Part shown: positions 13,386 through 26,911 of the stretch, in pieces | Layout of the letters: each line of letters starts with the position of its first letter | How positions within the stretch are numbered: the first letter of the stretch is position 1 | Assembly (NCBI GenBank): GCA_040954595.2 | Contig: CM082578.2 | Location: 1,594,831-1,658,830 of the forward strand | Direction: 5' to 3' | Length of the DNA: 64,000 bases | From: Balanoglossus misakiensis | Taxonomy: Eukaryota; Animalia; Hemichordata | The notes under the pieces: generated by a model | Told to the model about the DNA's origin: nothing | The model's input: the letters and a program-made list of their open reading frames with translations, nothing else | Database searches by the model: none | Made by a program: the position numbers and the translations under genes

Positions 13386-15480
13386 TACATCCATACATAA
13401 ATACAGACGCAACTGATTCCATAAGGCCCATGGTACATACCAAATGGGACCTAAAAACTGCAGAAGCTACACAAAACATTAATACTGAAAACATGGCAAA
13501 CAGTTGTTGCTAACAGGGTTTTAAATCTCCCTCATAGATATTTTTGAACTCCCAATTTATGATTATTGACTGTTTGATTGATTAGTTGTTGCACAAATGA
13601 TAGTATTATCAAAGTAAATAATATCTGTGAGAAATTTCTTTTCATATTTATTTGAATATGGATAGGGTAAGATGGGGGTTAAACAAAACTACATTTGTTC
13701 AAAAGTAGCAAAAACACAAATATGCTAAAATCACTATAATTGTACACCATCTTACTTCAATCACTACAAGGAACATTCCTGCCAAAGTTCAAAGCAATCT
13801 GACAAGCGCTTCCAGACACAGCGAATTTGATAAACATCTACAAATATATTTTTATTTTTTAAACAAATCTTTTACAACACCTTACTTGGGTTACCCCCCT
13901 AGGAATCTGCATTCTGAGCAAAAATTACAAAATTGCTCAAAATTATAAATATACCAATTTCACAACAATTTGCAATTTGAACAAAAGCTATCGCTTTCAG
14001 AAATGAAGATTTTTTTTACCAATAATGCAGTAAAAGACAAAACAATAAAAATAGAAAATTCATAATATTAGCTCAAAACAAAACATACAGGACTGTATGG
14101 CGTTTATTGACATGTATAAGAATATGGACAGGGTATGATAGGGGGGGGGGGAGTTATAAATTCCAAGGGGGTCATCAATTTTTTGTCATAACTTTTTGGG
14201 GCCATAGAAAAAATAACCTAAAAAGTAGGAAACCCTACGTCCCCCCAAGCTTTCATTCTGGCCAACAACTTTTTATGAAGGCTTCTGCAATTGTTAAAAA
14301 CAGATTGCCTGCTATGTTAGACTATCAATCTATAGAGGGGATGAAAAATCTCCTTTTGTCAAGTGTCTGGATTTTGATAACTTCAACGGGTAAAAATATA
14401 TTTGTAGATGTTTATCAAATTCACTATGTCTGAAACAGTATGCTTGCAAATGTATTAATATAGTCAGATAACATGAATAGTGAAGATAGCAAAACAAACA
14501 GGTTTATGCTTATAGCCATAACTTCTATTAGTGATGTACATGTTGTACGTAGCAAATAATTGTTATGATCAACTTGGTTTTTATTGCACAAGATCTTTTT
14601 ATTGCATCCATGTTTCGTTTCATTCTGGATAATAGTCTGTCTAAATAAGTTAACAGGCTTGATGAGGGTTATTTTAAACAGTGTTCTCAAAAAACCTGCA
14701 ATGTCATGCCCTATATTTATGAAGTTGAGGAGAGGTTGTATTCCTAGCAGGATGTTGAAATCATTGGAGGACAAACCTTGCCAGTACCAAAAGTTGCTGG
14801 GTGTTATAAATGTTTGAGTAACCCCCCCCCCCCCTTCCCCAATAACACAATATATAATATCACATTTTTACAACATCTTACTCAGTTTACCCTTAGGAAT
14901 ATGCCTACCAAATCAATCTGACATGCAGGTTTAAAGAAAAAAAATGACCAAAAATGGCAAAAATTGCTCAAAATTTAAATATGCAAATGTTTCAACAATT
15001 TGAACAAAACTTTGGTTACTCAGACAACCATTAGAAGCTTCATACTAAAATTCAAAGAATGAGGCCTATAACTTTTAGAAATGATGATTTCTTTACCAAT
15101 AATGTGGAAAAATACAAAAAATGCATAAAAGATTTTTGGCATAAAAAATTAAAAATCGATAATATTAGCTCAAAACATACAGGACTGTTTGAGGTAGACA
15201 TAAGGTACATGCATACTGATTTTCAAATCAATGTGACCAGTGGTTGTTGAGTTTGAGTTTTGACCAATTTCACATTTTCCTAGCTAATTTGCATATTTTT
15301 GGCAATGACAGCTTCATTTGAACAAACTCCAATCTTCAGCCTGGCCTGCATCTACACACCAAATATCGAGGTCATATGCTTAGCGGTTTTCAAGTTTGTG
15401 ATGTAGACGGACATACAGACATACATACATACATCCACCGATATCATAAGGTCCCATGGTAAAGCAAATGGGTCCTTACA

Positions 15481-18400
15481 AAACTATGGTAACTCAGATC
15501 ACCTATGAAGCTTCATACTAAATTTCAAATAAGTCAGCTGATCAATTCCAGAAAAGCAGATTTTCTACCGATAATGTGGAAAGAGACAAAAAATACAAAT
15601 GGAAAATTCACATTATTAGCTCACAACATATAGAACTGTGTGAGGTTAACATAACTTACAGGAATACCAATTTTCAATTTTGAAAGCAATTTGCTCAGTA
15701 GTTGTTGAGTTCCCGAGTTTTGACGAATTTGACACTTTCCCAGCTAATTTGCATATTTTGGCAATGAAAACTTCATTTTGACAACTCCCACCTACTGCCC
15801 TGCCTGCATCTCCACACTAAATATCAAGGTCACATGCCAGTGGTTTCCAAGTGTTTGATATTGATAGACATACAGACAAACATCCGTACAGACATCCATA
15901 TATACAGGTGCAACTGATCCCATAAGGTCCCATGGTATAAATACATATACCTGCACCAAATGGGACCTAATAATTCCGATAAAATGCCTACATAGTAAGT
16001 GTAAAAACCACTTGTACCGTCAACGTCCTTGGACAACAATGGCTAATATTACTTGCCGAGGGCGACTAGAATTTTGGGGGCCTGATGCAATTCTGATACA
16101 TGTACTTCATGATTTAGAGATATGGTGAAAATCCTGTCAACCGAATTACTGGGAAATCAGATTTTCCATGTAAAATCATATCACCCCAAAATGTCAAGTG
16201 TCGAAAATAATTTTGAAACAAAAAGTCTACTCAAAATCATACCAAAATTTAAATTTTAAAGCAGTACGTTAGGCAAGCAATTTGAGAATGAAGAAACTTA
16301 CAAAAAAATTATAAATTGAAAATAATTTACAAATGCCGCACACAAACTTACAATCACTACCATATTACTGTACAAGTTAAAAGGACATTGTACCAGCAGA
16401 GACATTGCGATCGAGCAATCCCCAAGATATACATGACATGGTCTAATTACAAATATTGAATATGTAAAATAAGTACACAACACTTCCAGTCTTTCAGTAC
16501 AGTCAGCTGCTTGTTAACAATAGGCATGTAGCTATTTCATCAAATTTACAGCCCAAGTCATGCCTATACAATTCTCCCTTAAGCTACCCTAAGTGAGTGA
16601 TGAAAATCTCATATGGTCGACAATTGATGGCCGATTTTTGCCATGTTAAAGAAATGGGAGTTCATAAGGCTGCATTCACAAACACCTCTGGAGGGGGGGG
16701 GGGGGGGCAGGAGAATTGCGGGGGGGATTTGAAAAAATTGAGGGTATGTAAGGGGGGATTTGAAATAATTTAGGGACTGAAAGGGGGGACTTGAAAACTT
16801 TGACGACTAAATATTTATTTTGAGTCCACAAAAATGCAGTTTCGCGCCCTTTATTTTACACCCCCTCCCACACCCACCCCCTCCATTCATCAACACCTTT
16901 CAATCATTGACTGGTTCAAACATTGTCTAGTGTCCCAGGTCAGGGGACTTGCCCCCACCCCATGATAACTTTGAGCGGCGACGGTTAAATTTGTCCTCCC
17001 CAACATACCGGTATTTGAGTTAATTTGCTTTTGCCGGGTTCATTAAAATGCAGCTTTGAGCTCTGTATTTTATAAAATTTTCTTACGTGGGAGGGGGACA
17101 CCCCTTCCCACACCCACCCCCTTCAATTCTCGGTTTACAATGTCTCCCAACACAGAATACAAATACTTAAAAAGTAAAAACAATGTTCAGTTTTAATACC
17201 CACTGATGAGGGGAAACATCAGTTTCAAAGTCTTTTCATGGGAGCGATGTTTTTCTTTTTTACAAGATAGATAGGTGATGTGTTTTGCTCTGTGAAAGAA
17301 AATGGGGGGGGGGTTTCAAAATTTTGGCAGTTCAGAAGGGGGGATTTGAAAATATTTCGGGTTGTGTACGGGGGGCATGTGAAAATTAGCGGTAAAAAAA
17401 ATGGAATTCTCCCCCCCCCCCCTCCAGAGGTGTTTGTGAATGGAGCCTAAGCTAAAGTGATAATGGGTCATTCTTGAACTTTTTAACAGACAAAATAACA
17501 AAATGTGAAAAAAGTTTAATGAATTTAATATGCTAACTACAGAGACAGACATGTTTGACCAAAGCATGAAATACAAAAAAATGTATCATTTCTTCTATCT
17601 CTTACTACAGTTGGTTGTGGACTTTTCGCCCAGAATGCAATGTGATTTGACCCCCTAGCGCAAAGTGAAAACCTATTTAAGGCAGCCAGAATTTTCTGCA
17701 TAATATGACGGAAACATTTGTAAAGTCATGGCTAGCGTGGGCTGGTAAGTATATGCGACTCTCCATGATAACCAGTTGTGACTTGCCACCACCATAATTT
17801 TGAAAGGGCGACTTCACTATTTGATGGGAAAAGGTAGCCTTTACAAACAAGCTATGGAGCATGTATACAGCAAGTTGTGCTTACCGGAAAGCGGTCTTGG
17901 ATCAGGCCTAGGTATTCTCTTCCTCCTCCGGCATACGTTGAAATGCTGTGTTTAAGACTGTGAATCAAATATATGCATATTAATTAGTAACCAATCAACC
18001 TTGCTTTAGAATTATCTGGGCCATACTAATTGGTGAAAATATGCAAAACATGGTATAATGTAGGGTCAGACTGTGCTGCGATAATGTACAACAGTGGAAT
18101 ACGAATCAGAGAAATCTGTAACAGCGATCTTGAAACTCCATTTACATCAGTACTGCAGTAAAGTGGTCCACATGGGTATACCACAAACATGGCAGTTAGG
18201 TGACAAGTGAAACTGACATCATATCTGTAAACGACAGGTGTACACACACTTTGACATCTACGTAACACTGTACAGGGATTTCTTTATGTTTGTTGTGAAA
18301 ATGAAACTTACATTTGATCCACCTCACTTTTCATACAACTGATTAGCATAAGAATGTACATTGTTGGCAATTATAAAACATTTATTTTAGTATAGAAAAG

Positions 18401-19262
18401 TAAGCCTTAAAATTTAAACTTTGAATATCAGTATACTAAAATGTTTCAAACGTAGCTGTCAGTATATCTCATGGCATGGTGGCAGAAGTAGATGTTGCTA
18501 CCAGGGAAGCCGATTGAACATAGACAAGCCCAATAGTCGCTTGGTGATTTTTTATCTTTATAAAGATTCTCAAAACTTTTTGTGCATTTGGTAGCTTTGG
18601 GCAAGTTTCTGGTCCTGATCAGAGTTTTCGAATTCAGAACTGCGCTTCTCTGGCTTTGGTAACCATGGGCCAATCTGCACACATTTTTGAAAAAGAATCC
18701 AGCCTGTTTGTGTCATGATTTATATTATTCTTTCTGGCCTAAAGTATTGTTTTATGTCACTCTAAACAACATTACTTTCCTTCATGTGTCTATATATAAT
18801 AACAGATCTCTTAGCCAGTTTGATTAAGCATAGTGTTGGACTAGCACACTTTCAGCCAAAATTACGGTCTCTCCTCGTGTATTGGTATGGGAGTAATTTC
18901 TAGCTATATGGTTAAGGAAATGCATCCAAATTTAATTTATGCATGCTTCACATGAAGATTTGAACTTGACCATTTAATTCATGTCATCACGATCATATCA
19001 CAGGCAATCGAGGCCAGAATTCGAAGGGGAAAAAAGTATTGATAACTGGAATGTGTAAATTAGTTCGTAGACATACATTGCTTCCTATTGTCTCGGTTGC
19101 AACGCCCGATAAAAGCAAATATATAGCAAGTCATGCTTACCATTGAGCGGTCTTAAACTCGCCCCGGACGAGAAAGAGAATCCAGAGTTGAAATGAGACA
19201 ATCTCAGGCAGCATCTATGAATCAAATAGACATAGAAGTTAGTAACCAGTCATAGTAGCTCT
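15481..19262 (+). repeat. Segmental duplication, copy 1
   Basis: Colinear and highly similar to 20482-24249; has a private ~620-bp segment at ~18071-18689. Confidence 0.9.
16668..17447. mobile_element. PIF/Harbinger (Tourist-like) MITE, TAA TSD
   Basis: TAA|ggctgcattcacaaacacctctggagggg...cccctccagaggtgtttgtgaatggagcc|TAA; the empty site gttcataagctaaa is present in duplicate copy 2 (~22185). Confidence 0.92.
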
Positions 19263-21464
19263 AAGTTGGGTGTACCAACTCTCCTTGTTAACAGTAACTT
19301 TCAAAGAAACTGAACAATTGGTTAAGAAGATTTTCTATCCAAAACAGAGATAGAAAAATGTATTTTTGACCAAACATTGTCTGTACAAACACATATGACA
19401 AGCAACTTATTTCAGTCAGCCCTGCTCACTGACCCACCACTGTTAATTCAAAATAGAATAACTGGTAGTCTCTGTAACAGCTGGCATATTAAAGTTATGT
19501 AAACATGTCTAAGTTGGGTGTACCAACTCTCCTTGTTAACAGCAACTTTCAAAGAAACTGAACGATTGGTTAAGAAGATTTGCAATCCAAAAACAAAGAA
19601 ATTTACAACAAACTATTTTGACAACCAGAATTTAATCAAAGTTGCACGTACATATACATGTGTTATGAAATTGTTAACTAACTTCCAAAGCAATCATAAC
19701 AAAATTGGTTACCCCTAGGAATATTCCTACCATATTTCAAAGCCATCAAAAAAGTTCAAAGCAATCTGACAACGGCTTGAACGGTTTAAGAGAAAACAGT
19801 TTTTGGCAGAGATTGCCAAAAATATGCTCAATGACACAAGCACGCAGTTTTAACAATTTTTACGACATCTTACTTGGGTTACCCCTGGGAATCTGCCTAC
19901 CAAATTGCAAAGCATTCTGACCAAAATTGGCAAAAATGCTCAAAATTATAAATATGCCTATTTTACAACAAATTGAACAAAAACTATGGAAACTCGGACC
20001 ACCTATATGAAGCTTCATACTAAATTTTGAAGGAGTCGGACTATCGCTTTCAGAAGTGAAGATTTTTTTTTTACCAATAATGTGGAAAAAGACAAACAAA
20101 TTAATAAACATTAGAAAATTCATAATATTAGCTCAAAACATACAGGACTGTGTGGGGTTCATTGACATACCGGTTTTCAGATCAATCTGACCAGTGGTTG
20201 TTGAGTTTCTGACTTTTGACCAATTTCACATTTTCACAGGTAATACTTTTGGCAATGACAACTTCATTTGAACAAAATCCCACCTACAGCCCCGACTGCA
20301 TCTACACACTAAATATGGAAGTGATACGTGCAGCAGTTTTCATCCGTTCATTCATACATACAGATGCATGTCATTCCTTAAGGTCCCAATCGTATATATA
20401 TATATACACACAAACCAAATGCCATAGGACCTAAAAATTGCTCCAAAATTAAAATACACAAATTTTGCAACACTTTAATCAAAACTATGGTAACTCAGAT
20501 CACCTGTGAAGCTTCATACTAAATTTCAAACAAGTCAGCTGATCACTTCCAGAAAAGTATTTTTTTTACCGATAATGTGCAGACAAAAAATGCATAAAAA
20601 TTGGAAATTCACATAAGCTGACAACATATAGGGCTGTGTGGGGTTACCATAAGTTACATGCATATCAATTTTGAATTTGAAAGCAATTTACCCAGTAGTT
20701 TTTGAGTTCCTGAGTTTTGACAAATTTGACACTTTCCCAGCTCATTTGCATATTTTGGCAATGACAACTTCATTTAGACAAACTCCCACCTACTGCCCTG
20801 TGTAAAAACCACTTGTACCTTCAACGTGCTTGGACAACACATTTTTGTAACTTTCCGACATCAATGGCTAATATTACATGGCAAGGGTGACTAGAATTTT
20901 GTTTGGGGGTGCCGATGCAATTCTGATACATGTACTTCATGATTTAGAGGTATGGTGAAAATCCTGTCAACCGAATTACATCATTTTACCAAAAAATTTC
21001 AAAAGTGTAGAAAATAATTTTGAAACAGAAAGCCTACTCAAAATCATACCAAAATTTAAAGTTTAATGCAGTTGGGCAAGCAATTTGAGAATGAAGAAAC
21101 TTACAAATAATTTATAAATTGTAAATAATTTACAAATGCCGCACACACTTACAATTACTACCATATTACATGATAAAAGGACATTGTACCAGCAGAGACA
21201 TTGCGATCGAGCAATCCCCAAGATATACATCACATGGTCTAATTACAAATATTGAATATGTAAAATAAGTACACATAACTTCCAGTCCTTCAGTACAGTC
21301 AGCTGCTTGTGAACAATAGGCATGTAGCAATTAAATCAAATTTATAGCCCAAGTCATGCCTATACAATTCTCCCTACTTTAAATACGTTTTAAGCTACCC
21401 TAAATGAGTGATGAAAAACTCATACGGTCGACAATTTCAAGATGGCCGATTTTTGCCATGTTAA

Positions 21465-22170
21465 GGCTGCATTCACAAACACCTCTGGAGGGGGGGACGG
21501 GAGAATTCAATTTTTTTTACCGTTAATTTTCACATGCCCCCCTCAACAACCTGAAATATTTTCAAATCCCCCCTTCCGAACTGCTAAAATTTTCAAATCC
21601 CCCCTTCACCCATTTTCTTTCACAGAGCAAAACACATCACCTATCTATCTTGTAAAAAAGAAAAACAGCGCTCCCATGAAAAGAATTTGAAACTGATGTA
21701 CCCCCTCACTGAACATTGTTTTTATTTTTAAGTATTTGTATTCTGTGTTGGGAGACATTGTAAACCGAGAATTGAAGGGGGTGGGAGGGGGTGAGCAAAT
21801 TAACTCAACTACCGGTATGTTGGGGAGGACAAATTTAACCGTCGCCGCTCAAAGTTATCATGGGGTGGGGGCAAATCCCCTGACCTGGAACACTAGACAA
21901 ACCAGTCAATGATTGAAAGGTGCTGATGAATGGAGGGGGTGGGTGTGGGAGGGGGTGTCGCCTCCCACATTAGAAAATTTTGTAAAATAAAGGGCGCGAA
22001 ACTGCATTTTTGTGGACTCAAAATAAATATTTAGTCGTCAAAGTTTTCAAGTCCCCCCCTTTCAGTCCCTAAATTATTTCAAATCCCCCCTTACATACCC
22101 TCAATTTTTTCAAATCCCCCCCTCAATTCTCCTGCCCCCCCCCCCTCCAGAGGTGTTTGTGAATGCAGCC
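21465..22170. mobile_element. PIF/Harbinger MITE, same family as 16668-17447, opposite orientation, TAA TSD
   Basis: TAA|ggctgcattcacaaacacc...ggtgtttgtgaatgcagcc|TAA; interior is the reverse complement of the 16668 copy; the empty site ccatgttaaagaaatggg is present in copy 1. Confidence 0.92.
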
Positions 22171-22304
22171 TAAAGAAATGGGAGTTCATAAGCTAAAATG
22201 ATGATGGGTCATTCTTGAACTTTTTAACAGAAAAAAATAACTACAGAGACAGAAATGTTTGACCAAAGGAAGTCATGAAATACAGTAAACATATGAAATA
22301 CAAA

Positions 22305-22970
22305 ATATGAGAGTTCAAAGAATTCCTTCGGTTAAACTTAATGACATCACTTTGAAGTTTGTACCTGTACACACCTATCTGGGCCATGTAATATCTTGTG
22401 ATGGTTGTGATAATGAAGATATTGAACGACAGAGAAGAGCATTTTGCGTTAGAGCAAACATGCTATTGAGACATTTTCAACATTGTAGTCAAGATGTGAA
22501 GAAAGTTTTATTTTTGGCATATTGTAGTAATATTTACTGCTGCAGTTTGTGGGCATCCTTTAAAGTTAAACCGATGAAAAAATTTAAAACTATGTACAAT
22601 AATGTTTGGAGAAGACTTCTCGGTCTTCCGCCATTTTGCAGTGCATCGGTTATGTTTGCTACAAACCATGTATTGTCACTTGGTGAAGTTTTTAGACGCA
22701 ATATGTACAGTTTTAAGCGTAGACTCGAAAATTCTTCTAATGTTTTACTTGATGCGATCTGTTCATCAGATAGAGCGACTGACAGCATATTTTTCAAACA
22801 TTGGCGAAAGCAATTGTATATCATGTAATTTTGCAGAGTTTTTTTTTTGTGTGTGTGTGTCTCAGTTTCAGATTTTCCAGAGTATTTTCATTAGTGTTTT
22901 TTTTTCTTTTTTTCTTCTCTCTTTTGGGTATATGGTCTTTTTTTTAAAGTCTGAAATAAAGTATTATTAT
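22305..22970 (+). mobile_element. 5'-truncated non-LTR retrotransposon (RTE-X-like ORF2 C-terminus plus 3' UTR)
   Basis: ORF 22307-22828 has YLGHVIS..DIERQRR..RANML..LF.AYC..Y...LW, typical of the post-RT region of RTE/RTEX LINEs; ends aataaagtattattat; absent from duplicate copy 1. Confidence 0.8.
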
Positions 22971-24397
22971 ATCATTTCTTCAATCTCTTACTACAGTTGG
23001 TTGTGGACTTTCCGCCCAGAATGCAATGAGATTTGACCCCCTACCACAAAGTGGAAACCTATTTAAGGCAGCCAGAATTTTCTGCATAGTATGACGGAAA
23101 CATTTGTAAAGTCATGGCTAGCATGGGTTGGCAGGTTTATGGGACCCGCTCAGGTTCCCTCGAATAACACATAATGCATGATTGGTGACTGATTATTCTT
23201 TATTTGTTGATTTTGTCACATTTTCAGATAAATCCCTATCAATCAGTCATTGTTTGGCCTTGCTATACAGCGCAATATGAATCTTGTTGACTGAAATTGT
23301 TGAGGATAGTGGTACATAAAGGTTACCAAGTGGAAAATATTCAAATGATTATTAGTGGTGTCCAACTCACCATGATAACCAGTTGTGGCTTGCCACCACC
23401 ATAATTTTAAAAGGGTGACTTCACTATTTGATGGGAAAAGGTAGCATTTACAAACAAGCTATGGAGCATGTATACAGCAAGTTGTGCTTACCGGAAAGCG
23501 GTCTTGGATCAGGCCTAGGTATTCTCTTCCTCCTCCGGCATACGTTGAAATGCTGTGTTTAAGACTGTGAATCGAATATATGCATATTAATTAATAACCA
23601 ATCAACCTTGCTTTAGAATTATGTGGGCCATACTAATTAGTGAAAATATGCAAAACATGGTGTAATGTAGGGTCAGAAAAAATATCCAGCCTGTTTGTGT
23701 CATGATTTACATTTTTCTTTCTGGCCTAAAGTATTGTTTTATTTCACTCTAAACAACATTACTTTCCTTAATGTGTCTAATATAATAACAGATCTCTTAG
23801 CCAGTTTGATTAAGCATAGTGTTGGACTAGCACACTTTCAGCCAAAATTACGGTCTCTCCTCGTGTATTGGTATGGGAGTAATTTCTAGCTATATGGTTA
23901 AGGAAATGCATCCAAATTTAATTTATGCATGCTTCACATGAAGATTTGAACTTGACCATTTAATTCATGTCATCACGATCATATCACAGGCAATCGAGGC
24001 CAGAATTCGAAGGGGAAAAAAGTATTGATAACTGGAATGTGTAAATTAGTTCGTAGACATACATTGCTTCCTATTGTTTCGGTTGCAACGCCCGATAAAA
24101 GCAAATATACAGCAAGTCATGCTTACCATTGAGCGGTCTTAAACTCGCCCCGGACGAGGAAGAGAATCCCGAGTTGAAATGCAGACAATTTCAGGCAGCA
24201 TCTGTGAATCAAAAAGACATAGAAGTTAATAACCAGTCATAGAAGCTCTGCGTGGCAGGGCTGCGTGTTAATGGCTATGTCATAGCTCACACTGGTAGCT
24301 TATAACAGTCTCAATGGTGCCAAAAATCTCCCCAACAACAAAACTAATTCTGGTCAGTTTATTCGCTATCGCTTTGCCTTAAAAGTTAGGGCCTATA

Positions 24398-24881
24398 CTG
24401 TAGTGTGTTACCACAGGGGGCTCTCCCTCCGCGATTTTATTGTTTGTTTGTTTGTTTGTTGTTGTTGATTGGCATAATAAACAAATACATATTTCTTTAT
24501 TAATAAATATGGTTTGTTGACATGTAAGTGTTAGGGTATATTCGACAGGTTAAGGTATATTCAACGGTTAGGATTAGTGTTGGCATTTTTTTCGATTCTT
24601 GGCCCCGGGCATCACTAAGCCACAAAGAGAGGGTGATACCGACCGTGGATAGAAAAAATGCCAACATTAATCCTAACCGTTGAATATACCATAACCTGTC
24701 GAATATACCCTAATAACCTAACCCTTACATGTCAACAAACCATATTTATTAATAAAGAAATATTTATTTGTTTATTATGCCAATCAACAACAACAACAAC
24801 AACAACAGACAAACAAACAAACAAACAAACAAACAAACAAACAATAAAATCGTGGAGGGAGAGCCCCTTGTGGTGCAACGG
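24398..24881. mobile_element. Fold-back MITE with ~190-bp inverted arms, TA TSD
   Basis: Left arm accacagggggctctccctccgcgattttattg(tttg)n...gttggcattttt mirrors right arm aaaaatgccaac...(caaa)n..ataaaatcgtggagggagagccccttgtggt; ends TA|ctgt..acgg|TA. Confidence 0.85.
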
Positions 24882-26911
24882 TACCACCTGCCCCACAACA
24901 ACAAAGCTGACTCGAGGCCACAAACCACGTACAATTTACTCGCACGGTGTCAAACAACGCATAAATTCCATGCGACAGTGAGTTTACTGTTCGACGCTGT
25001 AACGCTTCCCAAAGTCAGAATTTCGATGTTGGGAGGACACTCTCGCCCTACCACGACCAGTTTTTGCTAGAAGGAGTGTACATGTACTTGTAAAACAACA
25101 TTAAATGCCATGCTTACCAGAGAAACGACATCATCAAGCATGGAGGCGACCGGGACCTCCATGCTTGATGAACGTCAAAGCTGCAATGATTTTTCAAATG
25201 CAACGGTCAGCGGTACGAAAACGAGGCACCACCTGTGCGTCAATTATGCAAATTAGTTACTACTCAATCAGAATCCTGCTTCAATATGACATCACACTAA
25301 TTAGTCAAAGTATGCAGTGCAACGTATGTGTGCAGGTGGAGAATGCGCCTCACGTAAATGCAGACACACAAGACACACAAACTGAAATGCAAATTGATGA
25401 ATTCTGTCACGGCGTTCTTTTGAAGTGCGAATGAATAAAATATTTCGTTTTCTTCAGTGTTTTTGTACTACAAAAAAATTGCGAAAAAACAAATAGCAAG
25501 CGCTTATGCTATGAAATACAAATAAATATCAGTTATGGCCATGTGGAAATGGAACGTCAATCCGCATTTGTCAAATATAATAGAAAAGACAAAGGAGCTG
25601 AGACGTCCTAAAATAAAAGGAATGACCTCTCCGTTCTGACCTGTATGAGGAAGCCCTATTGTAATACGCAATATGTCGGATCATGCTACCATCCGCCATT
25701 CTGATTGGACGAGAGCTCAATCCATCGAAAGGAAAGTACTCAATAGAGCACTGCTAAAACTGGCCCCTGAACTAATAGCATGCAACGGGGAAAACGTGAC
25801 TAAATAAATAAAAAAATATAGCTGATAAATTTACGGACGGCCGGTTTATTTTTTAACTGCTCTATAGGAACTGTTGTCACTGTCATGCACGATGCATGTC
25901 TTGTCACTGCGCACTCGTGTTAACATTCATCAGAGCGCCTTTCGATAAATTCGTAACGTTTACATTAGACTCGAGTTCATTTTCGTTATGAAAATGACAT
26001 TGATATACCACAAAATCGATTACTGATATAAAATAATAGCAATAACCCTAACCATAGATTAGGCTATAGCATTCCGGTAATTTTTTCAATATCACTCAGG
26101 AAGGATTCTATAACATTCTGTTTTGTATCGGCATGTATAATTTAATATCCATACTACAAAACAAATATCAGCGGTAACTCAGAATATATTGTTGAAAATT
26201 TGCTCACTGTAGGCCTGACCATGGTAAGATTATGCAATACTGGTAAGTATTTTGGGAGACTAGGTTGCATTGTATTGTCTGGTGTTCAAAAAATCACAAA
26301 CATCCCGGACGACTAAATTCTTTCTTTCAAAACCACTTCTGCAACGACAAGAACTTTCACGAGTACGAGCATTCGGGGCAGGCAAAAACCATGGTATGAA
26401 GACGATATGAAGTCGATGAGTTAATGTTATGTTGAACCCGCTTTTAAATACTAGGTTCGGTATGTTTTTGCGCTTGTCTTTTTCTTTTTGTTTATAAATA
26501 GTCGTATATTTTAAAATAGCTCAAATGAGTCAATGGGACATTTTTCCATCCCACCTCATCCTAACTAAGGTTTTCAGTGGCCGGTCACCTGCACACATTA
26601 AATTTACCACGGACAAATTGAAATACAGCCAATCGAAAAAAGTGCGCCACCACATGGTCATTTGAAGACTTTGACGCGCTCTCCTGGCCGTAAACGCATG
26701 TGATCCGGAATAAATCGAACCTCGGTCGTGTTTTATTTATTTTCACCACCAGCGAAAATCTACGACGGCCCAACCGCAGATTGTTGCTGCTCCGTACAAC
26801 AACCGGCTTAAACTGTTCTGTGCATGTGTTTTGTGTTCTGGTGGTGTTTGCGGGTCTGAGACGTCAGTGTATAAGGCCCTTATCGTTTTGTACCAATAAC
26901 TTTTACCCACC

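Larger units (their letters stand above)
8811..16000 (+). repeat. Field of modular non-autonomous Helentron-like (HINE/DINE-1-type) repeats
   Basis: Recurrent modules aagcttcatactaaatttcaaagaag / aaacatacaggactgtatg / ttttgaccaatttcacattttcc at ~9790, 10920, 12790, 15035, 15505. Copies end in a (catac/agac)n tract plus hairpin aggtcccat..atgggacct (13421, 15447, 15921). Same family at 19700-20800 and 39464-40052. Confidence 0.65.
20482..24249 (+). repeat. Segmental duplication, copy 2
   Basis: Colinear with 15481-19262; carries a private LINE insertion (~22305-22970) and a private ~230-bp segment (~23145-23368). Confidence 0.9.
17885..25230 (-). ncRNA. Putative spliced non-coding transcript or 5' UTR: exons ~25230-25118, 24201-24127, 23564-23492, 19214-19141, 17957-17885
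   Basis: All five blocks end in the donor GTAAGC. The four internal blocks start after gattca(c/t)AG acceptors and are GC-richer than their flanks. A 1-nt indel between duplicated exons (75 vs 74 nt) argues against coding. The 5' end is approximate. Confidence 0.55.

Noticed and set aside
23565-24126. Intronic box C/D snoRNA (GTGATGA on the minus strand near 23970)
   Set aside because: No convincing box D or terminal stem at a suitable distance; would need snoscan or Infernal.
25246-25394. Octamer ATGCAAAT sites as promoter elements
   Set aside because: The motif is abundant in local repeats, so it is not diagnostic.
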